Positions 48,479 through 60,700 of a stretch of DNA of 64,000 nucleotides are shown here, in pieces. The DNA comes from Cyanophora paradoxa CCMP329 (Eukaryota > Plantae > Glaucophyta): the NCBI GenBank assembly GCA_004431415.1, contig QPMI01000416.1, forward strand, positions 124,001-188,000. Direction: 5' to 3'. Numbering within the stretch: position 1 is the stretch's first letter; each line of letters begins with the position of its first letter. The notes beneath the pieces are model-generated. The model worked only from the letters and a program-made list of their open reading frames with translations, ran no database searches and had not been told where the DNA came from. The position numbers and the translations under genes were made by a program.

Positions 48479-50967
48479 ATGGCGGAGGGCCGCCTGCAGG
48501 AGTTGCTCCGCGCGCTCGCGGGATGGGCGGAGGGCGAGGCGCGCTCCGACCCGGAGACGGCCGAGTACTTCGACCACCTCTACGGGGAGACTCCGAGACC
48601 TTGGGGCGAGCGCGACGCCCTCGAAGCGTGCGCGTTCGAATTTCAAACCCGGATTCGATCGCTCGAGCGCCGCCGCACGCTTGCCTTGGCCGAGGGCTTG
48701 CCATCGTGGGCCGGGCTTGCCTCACCCGCTCCGCCCGCAGGATGACGAGCAATGGCCGCACGCTGTTTCGAAATCTGCTTGGCCACGGCCCTTACACGGC
48801 GCTCGAGGAGCTGCGGAAGTACTGCGCACGAAGGCACCGCGGCGAGTCGGACGCTCGGGCCGCGCTGCCCCGCGCCGCCGAGTGCGCAGACGCTGTACCC
48901 TCCTGCTCCGCCGATCGATCCTTTGCGCCCGCAGGGTCGCGAGGCGGGTACATCAGGTCCTCGCGGGCCGCGGTAACGCAGCGGATGCCTCGCGCTGGCG
49001 CGCCCTCGCCGACGAGCTGGTGCGGTACCCCCCTTCCGTTATTTCGCTCCGCGCCAACCCGTACCCCCTAGGGCGGGGGCGCCGCGGCGCCGGTCCGGCC
49101 GGGCCCCGCACCAGCCCGGGCGTCCTCCCCCCCCTCTTCCTCCCTCCCCCGTTCCGAACCCCCCTCCGATCCCCTCGCGGCGGCGGCGGCAAGTCTTCGC
49201 CGGGCCTCCCCTCCCCCCAGCTCCGCGTACCTCCCTCCCCCCGCTCCTAACCCCCGGCCCCCGTCCGCGTTCGCTTCCGCCGGCGCCGGGTCCGGCGCCC
49301 GGCCCTCTCCACCCCCTTTCTCCCCGTACCCCCTTCCCTCTCCGCCCCCCGATCCCGCCAGCGACCCGCTGGCTGCGGCCGCGGCGGCCTCGCAGCGGGC
49401 CCAGCCCTCTCCTCCACCCCAGGCCGGCCCCTCCGTACCCCGACGCGCCGTCGTACGCCGCCGGGAAACCGGTACCCGCCCGGCGTCGCCGCCCCCCTCC
49501 CTCCTCTCCCGGGTACGACTCCGCGACGACTGCGAGCTCGACGAAGCTCCGGAGCAGCAGCAGGCCGGCGGGGGGTACGCGTTTGCGGCGTCAGCCAAGC
49601 GCCAGCGCTCCTCGGATCCGGGTCCCGGGTACACCCCCGCCGCGTCTTCTTCTCCGCCCCCCCCTTTTGCCCCTGTCAACGCCGCGCCCTCCCCGACCCC
49701 GCCCCGCCCCGCCCCCTCCTCCTCCCCCCAGCCCCCATCCTCGGACCCTCTCGCTTCCGCCTTTGCTGCCGCTCCTCGTCCCACCCGCTCCCGTACCCCT
49801 CCAGCGCTTCCGGTACCCCTCGGCATGGACTCCGAAGCGGACGGCCCAACTCCAGTACCCCCCGCCTCGGAAGACGACGAAACAGTCCACGTGCTTACCC
49901 CCCCCCCCCTCGAATAGATGGCTTTACCCCCTTGCACTTTTGAACCTGTACTCCCAGATCGTGTTGGACGGGTGCAACATCGCTTTTGAGCACGGGATCG
50001 CGGCGGGGGGCGCCCTGTCGGGCGAGCGCCGCCGCTTCTCGGCCCAAGGCATACGCCTTGCCCTCGACTACTTCCGGAAGTGGGCCCTCCCCGATTCGAA
50101 CCCCCGTCTCCCCGCCCCTTGCCTGACGCTGGCTTCAGGAAGTGGGGCGCCCGAGCCGTTGCGTTCCTCCCAAGGCTCGTACCCCCCACCAAATCCCCCC
50201 TCCCCGCAACCCCAAAGCACCATCAGAGAGACGCCAACGCAGGCGGCACCTGGAAAAATTCGATACCCCCGGAGACGCCTTGCTGCTGGCGGACATGGCG
50301 TCACGGGGGGAGGTCGCCCGCGTTCCCAGCGGCGTTCGCACCCCCCCTTCCCCAGAAAGCCCTCCAGACATCTCGTAACGCGTATCATGATGTGAACGCG
50401 TACCCCCCCCAGGCCGACGACGACCGCGCGATGCTGCGATTCGCCCACGCCCTCGACGCCGTCGTGCGGCCTCCCCTACCCCCTACCCCTCTCCTCCCCC
50501 CTTCGTCTTTCGACGTACCCCCTCCCCCAGATCGTGTCGAACGACATGTACCGGGACCACGTGGAGGACCTCGCGTCCGATCCCGAGGTCCGTCCGGGGG
50601 TACTCCTATCGCGTGCCGCGCACACACGCCGCAGGCGGCGTCACTAGGCGTCCTGTCTACCTAGTTCTCTGTAGCAGCGGGCGCAGCGGCGTCCCGTCTA
50701 TCTAGCTATAGCATCACTGGGCAGCATCTCCGCTCTTTCGGCCCGCTCTTGATCTCACGCGCGCGCGCGCGCGCGTTCACGCCTGGCCGGGCCGGGGTAT
50801 AGGTGGGCCCTGGATTCCCCTCCTGGCTCGAGGGCCGCCGCCTGCAGTTCATGTTCCCTACCCCCCGCTCCTTCTTCCACGTCCCCCCCCAAACCTTCGA
50901 CTCGGCGAGGCTCGCCCGCCTGGCGGCGGCCGCGGCGGGCCCCGGGCCCTCCCGCGCGCCCCTCTGA
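48479..50967 (+). CDS. NYN/PIN-domain ribonuclease, Zc3h12/Regnase-N4BP1 type
   Basis: IVLDGCNIAFEHG...FSAQGIRLALDYFR, AVAFLP, VPSG|ADDDRAMLRFA...|IVSNDMYRDH. The acidic catalytic residues are intact. Confidence 0.88.
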
Positions 50968-51703
50968 TTGAGACTGTTGAACGAGACGGACGAGAACTCG
51001 GAATCAATGTATATCTCATAATTATAAGATGTCGTCTAGAATATCGAAGATCTAGATCTCGGCCGCGGGGAGGCCTGGGCCTAAGCGGCCGCGGTGCTGT
51101 CGACTATATACGCCGCTTCTTCGGTGTATTGCGACATGCGACGGACGTCGACGTCGACGGATGTCGATTCGATCGACCCTCGAAGCTACTACAATCACAA
51201 ACCTAACGAGGGAACCTGCGGCTACACTCGCAGTCGTTTCCTATCTGGATACAGAGATGCATCCGACGACACAGAAAACAGGTACGTACGTGAACGGTTG
51301 GAGCACTGAGAGCGGGCGGGAAGGGGGGGACAGGCTCAACGTGGATGAATCGCTTCGTTGTGCGATCGATCCGACAAGGTTTTTTCTTTAAACTCATTTT
51401 TTAATATGCACTGCTATGCAGCAGATGTGCTGCCCGGATGGGACATCCGATATCAATATAGAATTCGAGAGCAAATTCTATGCACTCACACGCAGGGTTA
51501 AACTGTAAAACTACCGGCTCCAGAGTATCCGGTGGGTTTCACTCATGAAAACTGAAAGCGGGAGCGAAATTGCGGCGTAGCAGCCGCACCGGGGGTACTT
51601 TGAAACAGCAGAGCTGGCTAGCTGTGAGTCTCGGAGGCTCGGAAAGCGATTGAAAGGGAAACGAAAGCGAAGGGGGTATGGGATCCCGGCCGGCCGGTCC
51701 CGA

Positions 51704-54700
51704 CTAGGGGTACGCGGGCAGCGGCCCTTGCCCGGCGGGGCCACCCGCGGGTGTTGCCTCGGGCTTGCAGAAAGCCGGCATCGAAGCCGCGCGGGCCTGT
51801 GGGGGGCGGGGCGGGGCGGGACGGGGCGGGGCGGGGCGGGGCGGGGGGCCGGCGAGTCAGAGCAGGGTGTGGGGAAGGAAGAAGGCGGGGGTACAGCGCG
51901 GAGCTCGCACCCGAACGAGTCCTAGGAGCTTGTCCCTCTGGACAGGCTTTGTCGTGTACTCGTCTGCGGGGGGTACGGGCTCAGGGAAGGGAGGAGGGAA
52001 TGATGTCGGGGAAGGGGAAAAGCGGACCCATGCCAGCATTTAGGCAGCGGGCGCGGTCTGCGCGGGGGATACGTGGGTGAGCAGGGCGCGGGCGGGAACG
52101 AGCGGAGAGGGGTGAGGAGGCCCCACCGTCCGCGTTGGCTGCGGGGCGGGACGGGCCAATTGTCAGCCCGAGAAAAAGGAAAAAAAGGAAAAAAAGAGGT
52201 CGGACCGGCGAAGGCAGTGACGGCGATGATCGGGTGGTGGGGCAGCGAGTGGCGCCGCTCTGGTGAGCGAGCGAAGGCTCAACCGCGGCCGCGAGAGAAG
52301 ACGGCAAGAGGAGGGGGGTACGGGTACGGACACACCGATGTCCCGAATGCGGGCGGTGGCCTGGTACCCGTTGAGGCGGGGCATCTGCGCGGGGGGTGGC
52401 GGCGTTGGCGGGGGTACGGGCACATTGGCGCGGGGGTAGATGGGGGGTAGCGAACCTCGCAATCCATCAGGATCGCGGAGAAGACGGGGGGGCGGGGGTC
52501 CGCGCCCCCCGCCGCCCCGGCCCCGGCCTCGGCCCCCGCCTCCCCAGACGCGAGCCGCGCCTCGAACGCCTCAACCGCCTCCTGCCCGTCGCGGGCCCGA
52601 GTCACCTGAGCGGGAGAAAGAACGGGTTGTTGTCAAATCAGGTGAGAGGGGTGTGGGGGGGAAGAGGGGGGTACCTTCCACCCGACGTTCTCGAGCATGG
52701 CCCCCAGGATCTTCATGTTGATCTGAGCGAGGGGGTGCGCGATTAGCGAGGCCGGAGGGGGCGGTAGGTGGCCGGGCGGGGCGGGGCGGGGTACCGGATT
52801 GTCTTCGGCGATGAGGACGTGCAGAGGGGGGCCCTGGGGGAGTACAGGGGAGACGGAGCGGGGCGGGCTGGAGCCCAGGCCGGCAAAGGAGGCGGGGCGG
52901 GAGGCGGGTGCGGGTGCGGGGGAGCGGGAGACCGTGGGGGAGATGGGCGGGACGGAGGGCGGGCGATCGGCGAGAGAGAGGGTACCCCCCCTGGCCACGG
53001 GCCGGGGCAGGTCCGGCGGGGGCGTGGCGGCCGGCGGGGGCGGGGGCGGGGGGGGGGGCGAGGGGCCGACCGCGGATGAGGAGGAGGGGGGGGGGGTGGA
53101 TCCGGGGTGGGGGGAGGAAGTCGAGGGGGGGGACACGAGCGCGGCGAGGCCGGCGAGCCCGACCAGCTTCGGCGAACGAAGCGCGGCGGCCAGCACGTTC
53201 CGGTCCCCAGAGGGGGGGCGAAGGGGAGGAAGAGGAGGGGGCGCCAGGCCCGATAGGCCTGGGGCTCGGGGCGCATCGGCGGCCGGCGCCGGCGCCGGCG
53301 CCGGCGCCAAGGGGTCGGGAGGGTCCCTTGGGACGGACGGGGCGGGGACCGAGGGCGAGGGCGCGGCCGCGTCCCCGGGGGGGCCTAGAGCGGCCGGGGA
53401 GCACGGGGAGGACCGCTGCGCCGAGGGCGGCGTGCGGGGGGGGAAGTCGGGGGCGGGTACGGGTGCGGGGGCCGCGAAGCGCTCCACGGCGTCCAGAAGC
53501 TGCGAACGAAGCCCGGCTCAGATACCTGATCTGATCTTATCAGATCTGATCTGATCTGAACTGACCTCGTGGCGGATGATGGGCTTGGCGAGGTGGTGGT
53601 CCTGAGGGTACCGAGAAAAAGCGGGGCTCAGGCGGGGCGGGGCGGGGCGGGGCGGGGCGGGGCGGGGCGGGGCAAAGCCTTTTAAAAAAGAGCACTTTGG
53701 CTCTAAGCTCTCTGACGGGGCTCCAAGCCCGGGGTACCAGGGCGAGTGGGGCCCGGGCGGGGCGGGTCGGGTCGGGGAGGGGCCGGGCCGGGCAAACCAT
53801 GCCGGCCCTTCTCGCTGGATCCTAGCCCCTCTAGCTAGGAGGGCGGGGAGGGGCCGCGGCGCAAGCTCTAAACCAAAGGAAGCAGCGCGGGGCGGGAGGA
53901 GAGGGCGGGGCCCGAGGAAGGGGGGGGGAGGGGGGGGGGGGGGGGGGGGGGCGCACCATGCCGGCATCGTAGCAGCGGCGCTCGTCCTCGGGCAGCACGC
54001 TCGCCGTCAGCGCCTGCGCGGGCGCCGCGTTGGAGGGGCCCGGTTGGGGCGGGGATCTTACAGATCTTGGAGATCGATCTTGAAGACGTCTTAGAGATCT
54101 CAAAGATCTTATAGCTGGATCTCAGAGACGACTTCGGGATGGATCTTAAAGACGTCCTAGAGATCTGAGGGGTAGCTAGCTACGAGGCGGTCGGGCGCGG
54201 GCGCACGACGACGGGGTGGCGGGCGAGGCGCCCCCCCGAGGCGGCCTCAGGGCGCGGATCTCGCTAGAGGGGCTAGGATCCAGGAAGAAGGGCTAGGAGA
54301 GTTGGCCTGGAATCTAGGGGCGGGGGTGGGCGCACGACGACGGATCTACAAGGGCTAGGAGAATTGGCTTGGAACCTAGCTCTAGATCTAGCTAGCTACA
54401 CGTCGGGCGCGGGCGCACGACGACGGGGTGGCGGGCGAGGCGCCCCCCCGAGGCGGCCTCTAGGGCGCGAATCTCGCGCGTCGCCGCGAAGCCGTCCTTG
54501 CGCGGCATCTCGCAGTCCTGCGGGGGCGGGGCGGGGGGGCGGCGCGTTCGTCAGAGAGGGGATAGGGATGGATGGATCGGGGCTAGGGGCAGATTCTTAT
54601 ATAATAAAGCTGAAGAATCCTAGAGCAACTCCTATGGAATCTGAGAGCAACTCGCCATGAGGATGACGTCCAAGGCGCGGCCACGAGGATCTTCTATAGA

Positions 54701-57700
54701 ATCTTATACGATAAAGATATGAGGATCTCATATAGAATCTTAGATGATGAGAAGAATCCTAGAGTAGAGCAACTCGCCATAAGGATGACGTCGAATGCGC
54801 GGCGGTGGGGCGCCGCAGGCGAGGAGGAGGCCGACGCAGCGGCGGGGTCCGCGTCCCCCGCCCGCCGCCCAGCCGCCTCCTCCTCGCCTCCAGCCGCCGC
54901 CGCCGCCGCCGCCCCCGCCCCCGCCTCCTCCTCGGAAGGGGGGCCCCTCTTCACGTCCTGGGGGGGCTCAGCGTCAGTCGGGGGGACGGAGAGATAGAGA
55001 GAAATAGAGAGAGGGGCCTCTAGGCTGGGCTTGGCCAGGCCAGGCCAGGCCAGGCCAGGCTAGGCTAGGCACGGCTAGTCCAGGCTCGGCTACAGGCCAG
55101 GCCAGGCCAGGCCTGGATTGGCCTGTGGGATCGGCTCCAAGGAATCTTAATCTTAGCTTCCAGGAGCGCGCGGACGGACGGACGAGCGGACTGCGCCGCT
55201 CGCCCCTGTAGCCGCCTATGGCTCTCCCTATGACTACCCCCCCCCCCCCCCCCTCTGGACGGCCGCATACGGCTCTCCTACGGCTCTCCCCTATAGCCGG
55301 CTTGGGCTGGGCGGCCCTGGGCTGGGCTTGGCCAGGCCAGGCCAGGTTGGGCTCGGCTGCGCTCGGCTAGCCTAGGCCTGGCCTGCGGGCCCTACGCCGG
55401 CGCGGACGGACAAACGGACCGTCGGGCTCGCGCCGCCTGTACCCTTCCCGTCCTGCCCGGCCACGTGCGCCGCCGCCCGCTGGAACGCCTCAACCTGCGA
55501 ACGAAGGAGGGGGGGGGGGAGGGGGAAGGGGAGGCGTCAGCCCCGGCCCGGCCCCGGCGCCCGCCCGCCCGCCCTCGGTTCTAGGCAAGGGTGCCCTCGC
55601 TCGTCCCTACGCTGACAGCGAACGCGGCGGCGCGGCCCCTTCGCCCGCCCTTCGCCCGCCCGCCCGCCCGCTCTCGTTCCTACGTGAACGATGACGAACG
55701 AACGGGCGCACCGCCTCCTGGCCCTCTCTAAGATTCTATAGCTCTATAAGACGTCCGATTCTATTCTCAGAGCTAGCCACCTAAAGTTCTAAGACAATAC
55801 TACAGCTTTAATTTAGTATATGAGATTCGCGCACTGCTTCCTGACCGTCGCCGGCGACCACCACAACATGGCCCGCCTGCCGCCCCGCCCGTGGAGTCAG
55901 GTGCCCCAAGGTAGAACCCGAGATGCGGGCGATCATGAATCTAACACGATCCGCTCCTGTCGTCGAGGGGGGTACACGTGCCTTCTCGAGCATCGCCTTC
56001 ACGATGCGCATGTTGATCTGGTTGTCCTGCGCCCCGGTGGCCTGAGTCGGCGGCCGGGGCGGGGCGGGGCGGGGCGGGGCGGGGCGGGGCGGGGGCCGTC
56101 TAGAGGACCGTTCATCTACGTAAATTCTATACGCTAGAATCTCTGTAAGTTCTGTAAGAGTTAAAGTAACACTTTCGGCAAAGTTGCATGTAAAAGTCTT
56201 CTGTAAGACTTGCGCCCCGTCGGTGTTGTCTTGTTCAACGGCAGGGCGGGGCGGGGCGCTCTTTGAGCCCTATAAGCTCTAGTCTATATGTTCGGTGGCC
56301 TGAGTCGGCGTCCGGTTCGGCGGCGGGGCGGGGCGGGGCGGGGCGGGGCGGGGCGGGGCGGGTTGCTCTATGAGCTCAACAAGCTTTAGAGAACCGTCCG
56401 CCTATGCGAATTCTAGACGCTACTGCCCAAAAGTTCTGTTTGAGTTGCGTATAATGACTTCGGGGCACATGCGCACCTCGACGACGAGGAGGCGGGCGGG
56501 GTTGCGTGAATTCTAGACGCTGCTATATATCTAAATTCTACGTGAATTCTAGACGCTTCTGTATATCTAAAAGTTCTGTGTAACTACTTTACTATCTATA
56601 TGGTTTCGGGCAGGCGCGCGCGCTTCGTTCGCACCTCGACGACGAGGAGGCGGGCGGGGGTGCGCGCCGGCAGCGCCGAGGCCGACCGCTCCGTCGGCGT
56701 GTCCTGCGCCCCCGGGTCAGGAGAGACGCGAGTCCTCGAGAGGCGTGGGATCCTAGAGAGGCGCGTCCTAGATAGGGATCCTAGATAAAATCCTGGATAG
56801 CCTAGGAAGGGAGAGGGGGCGCACGGATCCGCCGGCGTGGAAGGGGGGATGGGATCCTAGAAAGATAGATCCTCGAGGGATCCTAGATAGATAGATCCTC
56901 GATAGGATCCTAGATCCTAGATAGGATCCTATATAAAATCCTGGACAGTCTTGGAAGGGAGAGCGGGGGGGCGCGCGCACGGATCCGCCGGCGTGGGAGC
57001 GGGGGGACTGGCACATGGGGGACCAGGCGGCCGCCATGAGCGCCGCCGCCGCCGCCTCGTACGCGTACGCCCGCTCCGCCGAGTTCCTGCGAAAAGGCGG
57101 GATTTGAGGGATTTTGAGGTGAAAAGGCGAGATTTTGAGGTGAAAAGGCAGTGGAGAGCACTAGGCGCGTCCGCCCGCCGAGGCGGGTGGTGTCCCCTCT
57201 AGCTGTAGCATAGCCGTCCCGGAGAGCGCGCGGCGCGCGCTGACACGGACCTGCGGCTCCCGTACGCGCTCCCGCCCCTGCTATGATGTGAGACGACGAT
57301 ACGATGTGAGACGATATGATCTGAGCGGGCGGGCGGACCGGGAGGGAAATCCCTCGCCGTCGTCGTCGCCGACGGAGGCGAGGCGGCTCCGCGAGCCGCC
57401 GCCGCCCCGCGGGAGGCCCAGCGTCTGGGCGCTGCGCGGGGGGTACAAGCTAAGAGAGAAGAAGAAGCCAACGAAGGTGCACGGCTTAGGGTTAGGAAGA
57501 TGGCTTAGGGGGCCTAAGGAAGAATAGCCTAAGGTGGCTTGCGTGTGGCTTGGAAGCCCGGCAAGTCTTTGCTTGCTCGCGTTGTTCTCGTTGTTCTAGC
57601 TCAAGAAGGAAGGGCGCTGGGCGTGTGTGTGTGTGTGTGTGCGCGCGCGCGGGGCGGCGACGCACCGCTCGGCGAGCTGGAGGGCGGACAGGAGCTCCGG

Positions 57701-60700
57701 GCTGCTCTCCATGTCCGTCGTGCTGAAGCGCCGCCGATGGCGCGCCGCCGCCCCGACCGCCGCGGCCGCCGCCACGGCCGCAGCCGCCGCCGCAGTCGCC
57801 CCGGCCCCGACCCCGGGCCCGGCCCCGGGCCCGGGTACCTCGATGGTGAGGGAGCCTTCAGTAGGAGGAGGGGTACTGGGCGGGCCGAGCGGCGAGACGG
57901 GGGGGCCCGGGTGCTGCTGCTGCTGCTGCAGCGGGCCGTGGTAGGGCGACGTCTCCCGCGAGGGGCCGCCGCCGGCGCCCGCGCCCCCCGCGCCCGCGGG
58001 GGGCGGAGCCAGCTGCGAGAGTCCCAGGCCCAGGCCCCCTACCCCCGCGAGATGCCGCACGCCCCCCGCGAAGATCTCCGAGTGGCTGCGGTGCCTGTAC
58101 CCCAGGCCGCCGCCGCCGCTGCTCCCCCCTGGAGAGCCTAGGTCCGAGGGGGGGGAGGAGAGGATGGAGGGGCGGGTACGGGGCCGGTGGGCGGCGCCCT
58201 CCGGGGCGGGGCGGGGGGGATCCCCTGCCTTGACCTCCTCAAGGGGCAACAGGGCCCAGAAGGTGCTGCCCTGCCCGTGCCGCGTGTCGCACCCGACCTG
58301 CCCAGAGAGATCAGATCAGATCAGATGGGCGCCTAGAGAGAGGTTCATATATTAGAGCGGCTCTTGTGAGCTGGGGGGAGGGGGGTGGGGGGAGGGGTGC
58401 GCGCCTTGCCCCCCCATCTCTCGGCGATCTCTCTGCAGATGGCGAGCCTGCGCCGAAGAGAGCCTTCAACAAACCAGAGAGACGAGATTGAGAAGAGAAG
58501 GAAAGGGGACGGGTGCGGACCCGAGCCCGGTGCCGCCGGGGTCCTCCCTGGAGTGGTCCTGTACCCGGTAGAACCGCTGCGCGCCGAAAGAAAAAAAGAA
58601 CGGCATCAGAGCAAAGAGAGAAAGAGAGGAAGGCGCATCGGGGCCTGCAAGGGGCTGGAGGGGAAGGCCGGGGAGGGGGACGGCAGGGAAACACAGCTCG
58701 CTCCAAGTCAAGCCCCCCCTCGTTCCGGCTAGCCAGTTTGCCCAGCTACACAGCTAAGCAATAAAAACCGCGCCTGGAAGAGCTGGAACTAGTTAAATAG
58801 ATAGTTAGATAGATAGATGGGCCCCTAGATAGAGGTTCATGTATAAGAGCGGCTCGTGTGCAAACAGCTAAAAACGCGCCTGGAAGAGCTGGAACTGGTC
58901 GGTCTCGCGGATGCCGACGCCGTTGTCCGTCACGTCGAACCGCACGTCTGAGGGGAACAAAAGAGCGCGCCGGGTGAGTGTTTAGAAAGTGGAGGAGGAA
59001 GGCGCGGTTTTAGAGGAAGGTTAGCTGTTTAGCTGTTTAGATGATGGGGGAGGAGGGGAGGGGGGCGAGCTCGGGCCGGGGTGGAGCGCCAGCCCAGCCG
59101 GACGCGAGCAAGCCGTCCCTCGGGCTCGGGATCGGGCCGGCTCTGGCTTGGGCTCTGGCCCTAGCCCCTCGGACTACGGCTAGAGCACGAGCCGAGCCGA
59201 GCCCAGCTAGCTGAAGCCAGCTAGCCAGCCAGCTAATTCTAGGTTCCGCGAGGAGGGGGGGGAGGGGGAGGGGGGAACGCACCCATGACGCGGCCGCGGC
59301 GCTCCTTGACGTAGACCTGCACGAGCACGCGCCCACCCTCCTGCGGCGCCCAGTGAACCTCCCTGGCAATCTCTCTCGTGGATCTACTAAGATTTGATCT
59401 CCAGCTTGAGATTCGATCCCGATGGACCCATCTTTGCGGAAGGACGTGGGCTAGAATTTCGTAGGCGAGGGGTGGGGGGGGTGGGTGAGTCGGGGCAGTA
59501 TCTCCGCCAGTCCGCCCGGTCCGGTCCGGTCCGGTCCGGTCCGGTCCGGCGGGGCGGGGCGGGGCGGGATCAGGCTAGGGCAGGCCGGTTTAGGAGTCGT
59601 CGAAGTCTGGCGGCCTATCTCTATTTTTAGGACCTCGACGGCGCGGGGCGGGGCGGGGCGGGCGGGGCGGGCGTGGCGGCGCAGCGGCGGCGCACGGGCG
59701 TGAACTTGACTCCCTGCGCAGGAAGAAAGGGCGGGCGAATCAGGGAGGGGCAAGGGGGCACACAGAAAGGGCGGGGAGGGCGAAGGGGGGGGGAACGAAC
59801 GTTGCTCAGGTAGTTCAGCAGAATTTGCTGCGGCAAAAAAGCGCGTCAGCTAGAAACAGGGGGGGGGGGGAGAAGAAGAAGAAAGGGGGGGGGGTACGGC
59901 GCGCCTGGAGGCGCTCGGGGTCGCCGTAGACCTCGGGGAAGGGGCTGGGGACGACGACCTTGATCTGAATCCCCTTGCTCGCCGCCTGCGCCCCCGCGGA
60001 GTCGGAGTCGGCGCCGGCGGCGTCTTTGCGACCCATCCCCATACCAGCCCCCGCGAAAGACCCGCGACGGACACACGCCAGGGTGGCGGCGGCTCCTTAG
60101 CGTCGCGCCTAGCCGCGCCTAGCCGCGCCTAGCCTGCCCTACCTGCCCTAGCCTGCCCCTTCTTCCCCACCCCTCACCTTGGGTTGGACGACCCTAGGTC
60201 CCTAGTGGGGAGGTCTTGGGCTGCCTAGCCCTAGTGAGGCGCCTAGCCCTAGTGGTGATCCCCACCAGGACCCTAGCCCCCCACCCCACCCCCCCCACCC
60301 CCCCCCCCCCAGCCCGTCTAGCCTGCCCTAGCCTGTCCTGGCCCGCCTAGCCCGCCCTAGCCTGCCTGCCCCTCTCCCCTCTCCCCTGACCTTGGGTCGG
60401 ACGACCACCACGGCTAGCCCCAGCAGTCCCCACCAGGACCCGCCCGCCCGCCGCCCGCCCGCCCGCGCCTGGCGCCACTCCCCCAGCCCCCCCTCCTCTC
60501 TCTCTCTCTCTCTCTCCCCCCCCCCCCTGACCTTCGGCTGGACGACCATAACGGCGGAGTGGACGCAGCGGGCGACGTCGAAGCGGGTGGAGGAGAGGAC
60601 CAGCTTCCCCGCCTCGATCCTGTTGATGTCCAGGATGTCGCTGCAAGAGGGGCGGTGTTAGTTGGTAGGAAGGGCGGTGGTAGGAGAAGCGGTGTGTTAG

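Noticed and set aside
51094-51397. Small ORFs between the NYN nuclease and the phytochrome 3' end
   Set aside because: No recognisable motif; probably UTR or intergenic sequence.
57483-57512. TTAGGG-like words as a telomeric repeat
   Set aside because: Only two or three scattered copies within a TAG-rich intron.
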